Source: Octopus vulgaris
Lineage: Eukaryota
Length of the DNA: 64,000 bases
Assembly: GCA_951406725.2 (NCBI GenBank)
Contig: OX597826.1
Coordinates: 15,066,001-15,130,000 of the forward strand
Direction of reading: 5' to 3'
The notes beneath the pieces were generated by a model. That model was not told where the DNA came from. It saw only the letters and a program-made list of their open reading frames with translations, and ran no database searches. A program made the translations under genes and the position numbers. Position 1 is the first letter of the stretch. Each line of letters opens with the position of its first letter. Shown here in pieces: positions 12,335-26,255 of this stretch.

Positions 12335-12889
12335 GTTCAAAAGTACAGACATAAACAACAGATACAGGTGAGGGAACAAAAAGCAAGTGAATTAGTTTGA
12401 CGCCCTGGAAAAATGTAAACATCTTTCATGCTTCGAGCTCGTGTACAGAGATGGATGAGGAAAGAAAACTGAAAGAGAGAGAGAGAGAGGGGGGGAGAGA
12501 ACAAGCGGAGAGAAGAAAAGACGTGTCTGGATTAACGGCTTCAGATGCCGAAGTGGCTTCACTGGTGACAAATGAGTCCAGATCTTGACAGACATACACA
12601 TCCGCAGATATCGACAAAGTTTCTTCCATTCACAATACTGGAAGTGGGTTGAAAGGTGCGATACTCAACAAAAAGCTTGAGGTTAGTAGAAATTTAAACT
12701 TCCTCTCTCTAAGCTCAGCTTGGCTTAGTTGAAGGCTACTTATTTCGGATATGTTAATGATCGTAATTCGAGCTACATTACAGTAATAATAAAAAGGAAA
12801 TTAAATTGGTATTTGAGGCTTTATAAGTGTCTGCATGTCTAATAATGCTTGAAATAACGATTATGCTCATTGTGTTTATTACTATACTA

Positions 12890-13300
12890 TGCGTGGCTGT
12901 GTGGTAAGAAGCTCGCTCCCCATCCACATGGTTTCGGGTTCAGTCCCATTGCCTGGGACCTTGGGTAAGTGTCTCTTACTATAACCTCGGGCTGATCAAA
13001 ACTTTGTTAGCGTATCTGGTAGATGAAAACAGAAAGAAGCCTGTCATATGTTTGTGTGTGTGTTGTGTGTGTGTATTCTTTGTGGCTTCGTGTTTGTCCC
13101 GTACCACTGCTTGACAACTGGTGTTAGTGTGTTTTCGTCCCCGTAACTTAGCGGTTCGGTGAAAGAGAACGAAAGAATATGTACGAGGCTTTAAAAAAAA
13201 TACTTACTAGGAGTCTATTCTATTCATTCAAATAAGAAATTCTCCAAGGCGGTGCCCAGCATGGCCACAGTCTAATGACTGAAGCAAGTAAAAGATAAAG
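12890..13300 (+). mobile_element. SINE family B, followed by degenerate family C pieces to ~13600
   Basis: Match to family B copies. Confidence 0.8.
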
Positions 13301-14791
13301 CGCTGAGCTGGGAGAATAGTTTGCACATCAGACAAAATGCTTAGTGGCATTTCGTCCGTCTTTACGTTCTGAGGTCAAATTTGCATTTCATTTTTTGGTG
13401 GTCGGTGAAATAAGCACCAGTGAAATACTGTTGTCGACAAAATTCCACACCTTGCGCCTTTAGTAGAAACGATTATTACTATAAATGAACATAAGGCGTC
13501 CAGTTAGCAGAATCGTTAGCTCGCCGGAAAAAAATTCTTAGTAATACTTCTGCCAGCTCTATGCTTTCAACACTGGAGCCAAAGTAATCAACTTACACGT
13601 TTCCTAAAAACTAATGTGCTAAAGTTAGGAAGAACTATTGCTCTATATGCACATACTTTTCCTATCTCGATTAATTTCGCTAAAGAGTAAATATTTTTCA
13701 CAGCTTTAGTTGGTAATGTTTCTTGATTATCGTTGGCATTTGAATAAACGGAAAGCTAAACAGATATAGATTAGTACCTATATATTAATTCAAATCCGGT
13801 TAAACAATTGCACTGGGACTAATATCAGTTAACTTAATCTCTATATTCAACTTAAATATTCACTAACAGCTTAATGGATTCCAAAAACAAAAGAAGAAAA
13901 ATCCTTTGTGATTATAAGAATTTGCAGACACCAAAAGTAAGTTCCAACATAGATTACATAGGTTGCCAGGAAATATTCAAGTACAAGTTGGAGGAATTGA
14001 TAATCAAAAAACTAAACCAACAGAATATTGAACTCAAACTTTACCTTTCATACTTTCGGAGTCGATAAAATAAGTACCAGTCAAGAACTGAAGTCGATGT
14101 AATAGATTTATCTCCTTCCTCGAACTTATTGGCCTTATGCCAAAATTTGAAGCCAATCCATTACCGTATTTCATTGCACCCTAGCAGGACATGAGTTCGA
14201 ATCGTACACGAATCAACTTTACATTTCAGTTTTCTTTAGAGGACATTTAAAAAGAAAAAAAGAGAGGACCTGTCATATACTCTTTTCAAATGAATTATCT
14301 ATTTCTAGCATCTTCAATAATTAGCTCTATATATTTCAGTACAAGATAATGTAAGTTGGTGTAGCTGATACAGATGAAGAACTATAGAATTCAGTTTTAT
14401 TTATCTAGTCTCTCAATTCAGTGTCGAGATTACTTTAAAGAAATGAATCGTGATATCAATGGCATAAAACTATTTCTGACGAGCAGAAACTGAGATCTGA
14501 TTTTCATTCTTGCTTGAAGCCATTTTATTTCGTTTATGCCCCTAACAAATTTGAGATAAGCACAAACGTGTGTATGTGTGTGTGTGTGTGTGTGTATTAC
14601 ACACACAAAAAACATATATAGAGGTAGATATGGATGTGTGATTAAAAAGCTCGAATTTCAACCACGTAGTTTCAGGTTCAATCTCAGTGTGGCAGCCTGA
14701 ACAAGCGTTTTGTTTTATGAGTTAATTTGATAGATGGGAACTGTGTGAAAGCCCGTCGTGTATGTATATATATATATATATATATATATGT

Positions 14792-15239
14792 AAATTAATA
14801 GATAAATAAAACATATGCATATATACATACATATATGTACGTACCTACCTCTACATGTATATGTACATGCATATATCGGTACAGGACACCAAAAAAACGT
14901 CGAACACAATGGGAAACGAAAAAATAAACACAAAACCAAGGAAATGGGCATTTTCTTAAAACAACGAAAAAATAGAGTACATGACATTCGAAACGTGGAG
15001 TAGATGAAATTAAGGCGACTGAAGAAGGGGAATTTTCCTTGTTTGTATGTCCTGTGCTCTATTTTTTCGTTGTTTAAAAAATGCCCATTTCCTTGGTTTT
15101 GTGTGTATGTTTTCATTTCCCATTGTGTTCGACGTTTTTTGGTGTCCTGTACCCATATATGCATGTATATATACATGTAGAAGTAGGTACGTACATATAT
15201 GTATGTATATATGCATATATTTTATTTATTTATTAATTT
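14792..15239. repeat. ~195-bp inverted repeat (PLE-like pLTR pair) inside a SINE B microsatellite
   Basis: 14792-14986 is the reverse complement of 15046-15239; same family at 62365-62640 and 25520-25630. Confidence 0.85.
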
Positions 15240-15287
15240 ATTAAATGACAGAACGCACGCATCCCTTTCTAAGTAAGATTGTTCTTA

Positions 15288-15340
<53 letters not shown>

Positions 15341-15574
15341 TGCGTGTGTGTACTTTTGTATTTGTATTTGTCCACTCTCACCACTTGAGTGTTGGTTTGT
15401 TTACGAACCTGTAACATTGCGGTTCGGCAAAATGTATCGACGTAATAAGTGTCAGATAACAAAAAAAGCAAGTACTGGTGTCTATTTCTTCAACTAAGCT
15501 CTTTAATACGACGTCTAAGCATGGCCAAAGTACAATATACATGTGTGTGTGTGTGTGTGTGTATGTATATATTA

Positions 15575-16070
15575 CCTTCTTATTTCAATCATTTGACTGC
15601 GGCCTTGCTGGAAAATCGACCCTTGGACTTATCTTTTTAAAGCCTGGTACTTATTCTAAAGGTCTCTTTTGTCAAACCGCTGAGTTACGGGGATGTAAAC
15701 ATACCACGACTGGTTTTTATGCAGAGGTGGGGGACAACCACGAACAAAGCACACAAACACACACTGACACACGCACATACACACCCCACACACAAACACA
15801 CCCCACACACAAACACACATACACACACACTCACTAACACACGTGCGCGCGGGCACACACACAAGCACGCGTGCGCGCGGGGGTATACACACACACACAC
15901 ACACACACACGATGGGCTTCTTTGAGTTGCCGTCTTCCAAATCCACTCACAAGTCCTTGATCAGCACGAAGCTACAGTAGCAAACACTTGCCCAAGGTGC
16001 CACGCAGTGGGACTGAACCCAGAGCGATGTGGTTGGAAGCAATCTTCTCACCACACGTAGATAGCTGTTC
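15575..16070 (-). mobile_element. SINE family B
   Basis: Match to family B copies with internal (CA)n. Confidence 0.8.
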
Positions 16071-16462
16071 CTCCTACAAACGCTTATAGACATTGCTACT
16101 CTTCGCACACTCACGCACACACAGACACACACACACACACACACACACACACGCGCGCACGCACATATACACACACCTGCAAAGGTGTCGGAAGGATAAT
16201 GAGTACAATGATGAATGTAGTGACACGGAGTTAAGAAATTGACTTAGTTATTAAATCAGTTTTTTGCTGCTATCAGTAGTATTAAGGAAGCACGATAATT
16301 ATGTACCGAGTGACCTGCATAACTATGGAGAACTGAATGAACACAAAAGTTGGCACTTAGCAGTGATAGCTTAAAAAATCATTCTGTGCCTCTTTATGAA
16401 TTTGATTAATACCCGATCACGTCGTCAGGTGTAGCGTGGATGTCAAATGAATGTGAAATTGT

Positions 16463-16610
16463 AGGTGCAGGAGTGGCTGTGTGGTAAGAAGCTTGATTAC
16501 CAATCACATGGGTCCGGGTTCAGTCCCATTGCGTGGCACCTTGGGGAAGTCTCTTTTACTATAGCCTCGGGCCGACCAAAGCCTTGTGAGTGGATTTGGT
16601 AGATGGAAAC

Positions 16611-16673
<63 letters not shown>

Positions 16674-17020
16674 ATCCAAACAAGAAAACACAAAAAAAAA
16701 CAAGAAAACACAACAACGCGAGGACGTGGAACAAATAAAGTATTATTGGACGCTCAGGAAAGAAGGGAAGAAGGAGGGTTTAACGTTTCGAGCGGAGCTC
16801 TTCGTCGGAAACATATATATATATATATATATATATATGTGTATGTATATATGTATGTATGCATGTATGTATTCGTGTGTCTGTATTTGTTCCCCCACTA
16901 TCGCTTGACAACTGATGTTGATGTGTTTACGTTCCCGTAACTTATCGGTTCAGCAAAAGTGGCCGATAGATTAAATACTAGGCTTACAAAGAATATCATG
17001 GCGTCGATTTGTTTGACTAC
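16463..17020 (+). mobile_element. SINE family B with PLE pLTR fragment (16670-16813) in its (TA)n
   Basis: Head and tail separated by (TA)n plus a foreign 140-bp segment. Confidence 0.8.
16778..16812 (-). ncRNA. Minimal type I hammerhead motif (CCGACGA core)
   Basis: GUUU-CCGACGA-A-GAGC-UCC-GCUC-GAAA-CG-UU-AAAC. Confidence 0.65.
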
Positions 17021-17454
17021 AGAGCCTTTTTCATATTCTTTGCGATACATTTTATTACAAGATTGCAGATGCAAAATAGTATTTTTCGTATTTAAGCTTC
17101 GTCTTCTGTTCTGCATTTTGTTTCTGCTTATTTTGCCACACTTTGCTTCTTAAATACGATGTTTCTTAATCTTTTCTTTTTGTAGAATGGCCTGACTCGA
17201 TATCGGCAATATTTCATACGACTCGCAAGTCGAAACGATTATCGATGCCACACGCATACACACAAAGAAAAACTTCCTTTAAAAGTGTTCATAACGTTTA
17301 AAAACAAAAGAAGCAAATTGCTAACGATAGGGATAATTCATATTTTGTGACTCCAAGTTTCACGCCTTCGGTTATCAAAGAAAATTTAAAAAACAAAACA
17401 TGAAACTTTTTTCCGGTTCCAACCTTGCATAGAGGAGAGCAAACTCAAGAAATA

Positions 17455-17735
17455 CAGGGTCCTGGTTGGCCGCTGTCAGTTTGTGTCGGTCACCGTCGAG
17501 TTGTCAGGTGGTTTAAGGCCCCCGTTCTGCAAATTTCCTCCGCAAAATAGGGATAACGGCGACCTGCTGGAGAAATGAGCCCCACGAGGTATAAAGTGGT
17601 TGCTGCAGCGAACGTCGCTGGCCATTCTTAGCGGCAACGCTATCACGGTCAATATCAAGGGGCGCGAGTGAGCACACCATTTGCTCATCGCACCTCCCCC
17701 TCCATCTTCTGCTGCTTTCGCACCCCTCAGCTTTT
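17455..17735. promoter_or_regulatory. Unique CpG-rich island: candidate promoter/enhancer or structured RNA
   Basis: GC and CpG far above background; TATAAAG 17590-17596, Inr-like CCATTCT at 17622; TGACAG and CAGGTG motifs; no repeat copy in window. Confidence 0.4.
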
Positions 17736-18794
17736 TGCTCCCTTTCTTTCTTCTCCTTTCTTATCTTCTTTTTCTTGCTGTTACTTTGTATTTAAATGTT
17801 CTAATAAAGCTTAAAAAATAATTAGAAAACTATTCTTGAAAAATACCCGTATAAAAGTAAAATTTGTTAAATGTTATAAAATATTTGACTCCGTGTATAT
17901 AAAAATGCAAGTATTATTATTACTCCAAAACGAAATCTATTTGAATTAGAAAAAAAACCCCCAAAACAACAAGATTTTATTTAGTAATTGTTTGCACTGA
18001 TCGAAGCATTTACTATGTAAATTCAACTAGACAGATTCGCCATAGAAATATTCTCAAAAAAGTGTCTGACAATTTTGTTTTCAATTTTATATTTGTTTTT
18101 CATTTACAAATTTCTTTTTATTTATTTATTTATTATTTTTTATGAAGTAAAAGCAAATTTGGAACGCATTCAGAAAACTAACGATACATTTCCACATTGC
18201 GTATTCAACGAACTCTCAGCTTCAATCAACGCTGTTGCTTTTCTTTCTATGATTCAACTCTATATAAGCATCAATGATGTTTTTTTTTAATGTTTTAGAT
18301 ACGTTTAGTCGATATCATATAATTGAATCATTACATTCTATTTATTTTCTATTTTCTATTTATTTTCTTTTTAATTAGTTTAAGTTTTAGTTGTTTTTTT
18401 TCTACCCAATCAATTTGTTCTTTTTATATACAACCAATCAATTATTTACATATATTCATTCGATTTTATAATGCATATGCATCTAATAAATTTTCGTCAT
18501 TTTTGTTTTCGACCCTTGATATTTTTAATGGTTTTCTGTCTCAGTGCAAAGATTTTGTTTAAGAACTGAAACAAAATTTAAAATTCCATTTAATAATTAA
18601 ATCTTGACATTCTATTTTCAATACGAAATACACTCCTTTCCTTGTTTACCTACAGTGAATTGATAGATTTTCAGTGTTGATAAAGACACACACACACACC
18701 TAGATATGTATCTATCAATCTATCTATCGCTACATACATACATACATACATACATACATACATACATACATACATACATACATACACATTTATA

Positions 18795-19026
18795 TATTTC
18801 TTTACTACCCACAAGGGGCTAAACACAGAGGGGACAGACAAGGACAGACAAACGGATTAAGTCGATTACATCAACCCCAGTCCGTAACTGGTACTTAATT
18901 TATCGACCCCGAAAGGATGAAAGGCAAAGTCGACATCGGCGGAATTTGAACCCAGAACGTAACGGCAGACGAAAAACGGCTACGCATTTCACCCGGCGTG
19001 CTAACGGTTCTGCCAGCTCGCCGCCT
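18795..19026 (-). mobile_element. tRNA-derived SINE, family C (Meta-domain-like core)
   Basis: Head GGCGGCGAGCTGGCAGAA; core GCCTTTCATCCTTTCGGGGTCGATAAATTAAGTACC. Confidence 0.9.
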
Positions 19027-19466
19027 TATACATATACATTTATAAGCATATAGCTAGTTATATTTGTGTAGGTACCTTGTAGAATGCTTTGAAAATTTGG
19101 TCCACAGTTAATGGATACTTAATGTTTTCATAAAGTCGAAATGCACATGCTGAGATCTAACAGAATGTAACACCTACTCAGCTATACGTTATTATAAGGC
19201 AAAGGGCAATGGTTAGAGGACATAGCAAAGTACGTGTTTAAAGAAGTCACCTGAAGAGGAATGTTCCTGTGAAGCAAGACAATTGACTGTACAGCATCTG
19301 ACCTATGAGCTATAGGTGCGACAACAATCGAAATATTAGTTAGGGTTTTGCATGAAGAATGTCATGAATTTCATTTTTCGCCTTTGATCTATATATATAT
19401 ATATATATATATATATAGATAAATGAAAGAATGGAGTCCCACGACGATTTAACAAAATTCCTTTAT

Positions 19467-19547
19467 TCTCGACATATGTTTCGAAGACTGCATATTCTTA
19501 ATTCCGAAGGGATAAAGGGTGCATTATGCCGCCTTCTCATCAGGAAA
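19467..19547 (-). ncRNA. Type I hammerhead ribozyme motif, canonical core
   Basis: UUUC-CUGAUGA-GAAGG...UCUUC-GAAA-CAUAUG-UC-GAGA; all three stems form; flanked by (TA)n. Confidence 0.8.
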
Positions 19548-19626
19548 GACAAGGAACTTATGTCAGCATCATGACGAACAAAAACTTTTAGATGACTGCC
19601 CACACGGAGTTCATAGTGATAAGTCC

Positions 19627-19679
<53 letters not shown>

Positions 19680-19796
19680 TCACAATATATATATATATAT
19701 AAGATAAGTCCACTATATATATATAGATAAGTCCACAATATATATATATGCATGCATCTATTAAAGTACATATCTATGTGTATGCGTTCGCGCATA

Positions 19797-20261
19797 TCTA
19801 TAATATAAAACCCGTTCTATCTCTGTGTGTTCGTGTGTAAAAGATTATAACGGCCGTATTTTTCAACTGGGAATATACATTACCTATGTTCCAGAGATGG
19901 TTTTAGACTCTTAGAAATTTTCACATAATGAGTAACGCCCCTCACCCCTGGGGGCATTAAAAACGCGTTTCCGGGTTACTTAGAGAGGGGAGGTAAATCT
20001 TTGCGAAATTAATTGTCTCCCTTACATTTACTGGTCATAAAAAAAGTAAATTACTTTTTATATTAGATTCACATCTTTGAAAGTGTTTTAAAATATTTAC
20101 TTCCGGTTTTCTAGCGTCAGTGATGTCCATATCTCTGTATTCATATCTCTCTATCTATTTCTTTCTCTCTATATCTATATCTCTGTATTCATCTCTATAT
20201 CTATATCTATCAATCTCTCTGTATCTATCTGTCTATATCTTATCTTTCTATTCGTCTAACT

Positions 20262-20306
<45 letters not shown>

Positions 20307-21519
20307 ACTCTATATCTCATTTACTCTCAATTGTTTTCACTTTCATTTTTCAGACGCTATTGTATTCACTTTAATTACAATCGCTATTGTTTTCATTGTA
20401 AGTTTTCAATCGCTATTTACAAACAACAGCGACAAATTACTGACAGAAAGAAGTTCACAATTACTGATGAAAGTAATTTCATACATAATTTACTGACAGA
20501 AGTAACTTCATAAATTTCACTTCAATCCGTACACTTCGTTGAATTTGCCTACAAATTTCTTATTTACTTTTGCAACGTTTTTTGTGTGTGTGTTTTGTTT
20601 TTTGTTGTTGTTGACAGAATTACTGATAAAAGTAAGTTCATGATTTACTGACAGAAGTAACTTCAAAAATTTCACTTAAGTCCGTACACTTAGTTAATTT
20701 CCATAAAAATGTCTTATTTACTTTTGCAATGGGCTTGTGTTTTTCTGTTGTTAACGGCTTTTTTCTGGTTCCTTCGACACTGACTCTCCGGTTTAGGGAC
20801 ACATTTCACTTCAACCCCTACAATTCTTTATTTTCCGTAAAAAATGTCTTATTTACTTTCTGTCTGTCATATTAAGAAATATAATTTCCGTTACACAGTT
20901 ATTTTCATTGTTCACATCCGTATATTTCTGTATACGTATACAACCATGCTTAGAAGGAAAGTGTTAAATTTGCATACAATGTCAAGGTCAGCCAAAAGAA
21001 TGTCTCTGTCCAGGGAAAGAAAGACAGCTGCAGAAAAGGAAGCATACCAAGAAACGGACAGACTGTGTACTATAAAAGTCAGAGCATCTCAAAGTTCTGA
21101 GCAGAAGTGTACACAGGTGACATGGAGTACGATCTCTAACTGTAGAACGAAGATCAGTTCCAATAGATCAGAGAAGCAAAGCCTATGAAGCAGCTTTATA
21201 TGATCCAGCAGTTCGTTATGCAGATGACACTAGCGTTTCCATTGGTGCAATAACAACTGAGTGGATAGATTGTAAAGCAAGGAAGTGGCCTCGAGAGACA
21301 TCTGCACTGTGCTCTAGTGGTGGAAAGATTAAAATCCATGCAATTCCCCAACCTCTAGAGCCATTGAAGGAACTGTTGTCATTAACTAACCAAGATTCCA
21401 AGCAGGCATGGGTCGGAGAGGTATTAATGTCCACATTTGGTATCTCAGCTACTAGCAGTTGAGACCTGCGTACTCTAGACGGCGTTTTAAAATTCTAAAA
21501 CGCCGGATACATCTGGTAG
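19797..21519 (+). mobile_element. Internally deleted Helitron with RepHel N-terminal remnant
   Basis: 5' A|TCTATAATAT; SIGAITTEWIDCKARKWPRETSALCSSGGKI zinc-finger-like remnant at ~21230-21400; 3' hairpin GGCGTTTTA..TAAAACGCC then GTAG|T. Confidence 0.75.
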
Positions 21520-21531
21520 TAAATATATATT

Positions 21532-21599
<68 letters not shown>

Positions 21600-21805
21600 A
21601 TTTAAATACTATATATATATATTTATATATACTATATGTATATATATATTATATTTATTTTCTACATATATATATATATATATAATATAATATACATATA
21701 TATAGGCGCAGGCTTGGCCGTGTAGTAAGTAGTTTGCTTACCGACCTCTTTGTTTTTGAAGAAATGTAGACATGTTCATGTATGTAACTATATATATATA
21801 TAGAT

Positions 21806-21853
<48 letters not shown>

Positions 21854-22977
21854 TTCAAACCTATTGGTTATACGATGGTAAACAGGATACTTGAATCCGG
21901 TTATAGATTATTCTCACCGTGTTCTACCAGTTTAGATAAAGTAGACTTGATTGAACGTATAATACGCTAAATACACGATGCATCCGAGTTGTACGTCCCT
22001 ATCCGGGTTTAAACTTTTCTCTTTGCTGGACTACAGGAAATTGAATCTTCATTCAGAGGGAGGTGGGCTGGGGCATTCATTAAATAACTTGCCCAAGCTT
22101 GAAGCCTAGAGGAACGCATTGCTGTTTTGCAAGGTTGAAATGCGTAAAAACGATATTCTTCTTCTTCTTCTTCTTCTTCTTCTTTTTCTTATTTCTCCTC
22201 CTCCTTCTCCTCCTCCTCCTCCTCCTCCTCCTCCTTCTTCTTCTTCTTCCTCCTCCTCCTCTCCGCATCGTCAATACTATTATCATTTTATTACCTTTAT
22301 ACTCAATCTCACCTTCATTACGAAAACACCAATGCCACCACCATCATTATCACAAAGATCATCGGAGTTTAACCTTCATCCTCCTCCTCCTCATCATCAT
22401 CGTCATCGTCGTCATCGTCTACAAAAACCAGTCCATCTATCTATCCATCTATCCATCTATCTATCTATCTATCTATCTATCTACCTATCTATCTATCTTT
22501 CTTCCTCTCTCTTTATATATATATATATATATGAGCATTTTTGTGCTGGTCAATGTATCACAGGTGTCATTAGCCGAAAACCACTCCAGGTATTTACTTA
22601 CCTGGACATGCTTCAGGCTAATCACAATTGCTTACAACTATTAAAGATTCTCAGTAACTTCAATTACGTTTTTTTTTTCCGTTTTTATAAATCTATTTTT
22701 GCTAGGTCACTTCAAACAGAATGTATTATAACTAAACCTCTAACTTTTCGCTTACTTTTAAAATCTGAATTCCGATCTTAAAAAAGAAATTTGATCATCA
22801 AAGCAAAATGTAGATAGGGATTATAATGCTCAGTTATTATTGATGGCTTCTTCATATTTTTTGTTGCTGCTTAGTTCCCAAATCAGCTCTGATGTAGAAA
22901 AGCAATGATTTAATTTTGTAATGATTATATTGTTTGAAGAGACTAGTTTTGCGATTGGACGAAATATACTTGCTATT

Positions 22978-23385
22978 CTTTTCTTTTATTCTTTTACTTG
23001 TTTCAGTCATTTGACTGCAGCCATGCTGGAGCACCGCTTTTAGTCGAGCAAATCGATCCAAGGAATTAATCTTTGTAAGCCTGGTAATTATTCTATCGGT
23101 ATCTCTTGCCGAACCGCTGAGTAAAGGGGACGTAAACACACCAGCATCGGTTGTCAAGTGATGTTGGGAGACAAACACAGACACACAAACATATACATAC
23201 ACACACATATATATACATATATACGACGGGTTTCTTTCAGTTTCCGTCTACCAAATCCACTCACAAGGCTTTGGTCGGCCCGAGGCTATAGTAGAAGACA
23301 CTTTCCCAAAGATGCCATGCAGTGGGACTGAACCCAGAACCATGTGGTCCGTAAGCAAGCCACTTACCACACAGCCACTCCTGCT
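22978..23385 (-). mobile_element. SINE family B, full length
   Basis: High identity to other family B copies. Confidence 0.9.
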
Positions 23386-24185
23386 TGTTTCTTTTACTTG
23401 TTTGCAGTTATACTGGAGCACCGCCTCGAACTAATAACCCCTTTGATTCCTGTCTTTCTCAGCTGGACCCTCCTTGCCATTCGATATATAAAAATTATAC
23501 TATATTTTCACAATTAAATAATAGGAATTGGATTTAAAACTCGCTAAAATATGTTATGCATTGTAGCAGTATACCCAATTTACCTCAGAAAAACAACAAA
23601 GTCTTAGATGTTCCCCTAAAGGCGATATGGAGCCCTTGTGGGAACCACTGGCATAGACTCAGCTTCTTCTGGATAAAATTGATGTAGGGGAGTAATTAGC
23701 ATTATGCAGGCAGTTATTTTCTCATTCACAAACTTGTGAAAATATTATTTACTTTCAGCAGTTTTCACATCTTACATATTTCATGTCACACATGTCAAGT
23801 AACGCCATATTTTATGACCGCGCTTCAACCACTTGCACAGAGAACCAGAGTAGATGTCCGAATGGTTGCATCAGAGTGGAATCCACTATAGGCACACAAT
23901 GACCAAATGGTGGTTGTTAAATTGACTGGAGTGTTAGGTCTACCACCCTAAAAGAATGGTGCTGATGTTTATAATGAAGATGGTCAATTTGTTAAGCAAC
24001 GTATGGTAGAGACTTTTGCTAATTCTACATGGTGTTACTTCATTTCACAAACATCATTATATTAATGAGCCATGAAATTGTGACGCATCATTTAGCGCAT
24101 CACTTTTACGTAGTATTTTCAACAGCACCTTGCAGAAATATTTCGTATCTTTCTCTCACCCACCTCTCCCTTTTTTCCACTCTGT

Positions 24186-24231
<46 letters not shown>

Positions 24232-24261
24232 GTCTGTCTGTCTACCTGTCTACCTGTCTAC

Positions 24262-24296
<35 letters not shown>

Positions 24297-24491
24297 CCTG
24301 TCTATCTATCTATCTATCTATCTATCTACCTACCTACCTACCTATCTATCTATCGATCTATCGATCAATCGATCTTTCCTTTTGTTATCTCTCTCTTTCT
24401 CTACGAATGTATGTATGTATGTATGTATGTATGTATGTATGTATGTATGTATGTATGTATGTATTTATGTATTTATGTATGTATGCATGTA

Positions 24492-24524
<33 letters not shown>

Positions 24525-25349
24525 TTCTCTCTCTGTATGGTAAATAACTGAAACTGTAGTGATGATATGAAAGAGGACAAAAAGGACAGGAACATAGAGG
24601 GTAGACTCGAACCTACGGGGAGCATATCATCCACTGTATAATGCACAAGAAAAGCAGGAGGGAATGTATACCTCGTTAACACACTGTATGCCAATATCGA
24701 ATCCCCTTATTGTCTGCTAATAACTACTTATTCCAGAGATTACTTTGATTCTAGAGGTTTCTGTTGATGAAAGAAATACTTCTGAATATTGGAACTTACT
24801 CTTGTTACAATTTCTTTTAATTTTGAAAATTTTCTTGTTCCTGTAAGTTTCTTATCTTAATTCAATGAACTCCCAATTTCTAGAACTTACTATTAAAGAC
24901 CGAAGTTAGTCTTGGTGTAGAAGTTTCTCTTTATTCTAGAAAGTTTTTTTCATTGTTTGCTGTAAACTTATGAAATTGTGTTTGCTCAACGGAGAAATAT
25001 TTTTGCCATATATGGCTGTAAGGATAGAGGAGTGTTCGGGGTTATTTAAGGGATTGCTTAGCCGGTGGTTGACTGGACAGTCAACGGCTTAACAAAACAG
25101 ATCGGACAATGAATAGTTAGGTAGATATGTTGATTCAAGTCTTGAATCGAACAATAAATCTATCAAAGCGGAACAGTGTGGTCAGCTAAAGACCACAATG
25201 CACAACAGTACACTGTATACCACTATACACATACAGAATATATATACATTTATATATAGATGTGTATATATGCTTTTATTGACATGTATATGTATTTCTA
25301 TATATGTGTGAGTGTGTGAGTGCATGCGGCGTGATGTCCGGCATTTAAA

Positions 25350-25390
<41 letters not shown>

Positions 25391-25410
25391 TAGATAGATA
25401 GATAGATAGG

Positions 25411-25468
<58 letters not shown>

Positions 25469-25628
25469 TATGTATATATAAAACTTACTTGGAAGTGGAT
25501 TCGTGGCGTTCGATCATATAGTGTTCTACGCTTTTTTGGTGTCCTGTAGCCACATATGCATGTATATATACATATAGATGTAGGTATGTACATATATGTA
25601 TGTATATATGCATATGTTTTATTTATTA

Positions 25629-25674
<46 letters not shown>

Positions 25675-25900
25675 GTGTGTGTCTGTTTTTGTTCCCTTAC
25701 ACTGCTTGACAACTGGTGTTGGTGTGTTTACGTCCCCGTAAGTTAGTGGTTCGGCGAAAGAAGTGTCAAGCTTTAAGAAAGATAAGTACTGAGGTCAATT
25801 AGTTCCGCTAAAATTCCTCGAAGCAGAACACCAGCATGGCCGCAGTCTAATGACTGAAACTAGTGAAATATATTAGATAAATGATATGTATATGCGTGTG

Positions 25901-25957
<57 letters not shown>

Positions 25958-26209
25958 CAATATACACACATTTGAATATATCCATCCAAACTGATAGAAT
26001 CTCTCAATACACCGAAACTAAAATGCAGATCTCCGCACTTAAAAGAATATTATGCAACTGATGAGTCCTTCTTTGCACTGCGCGTTGCATCTAGTGTTAT
26101 TGAATCGTTCCACGCCGCCCACTGGGGAGCAATGCATCATGAAAACAAAACGATTGTCGTAACAATAAATTGCTTTTTGGTACACACCGTCTTCTCTATT
26201 AATCTTATG

Positions 26210-26251
<42 letters not shown>

Positions 26252-26255
26252 GTAT

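Noticed and set aside
17566-17590. Minus-strand GGGGCTCATTTCTC resembles the RNase MRP RNA 3' motif
   Set aside because: The pairing partner GAAAGUCCCC is absent upstream, so P4 cannot form.
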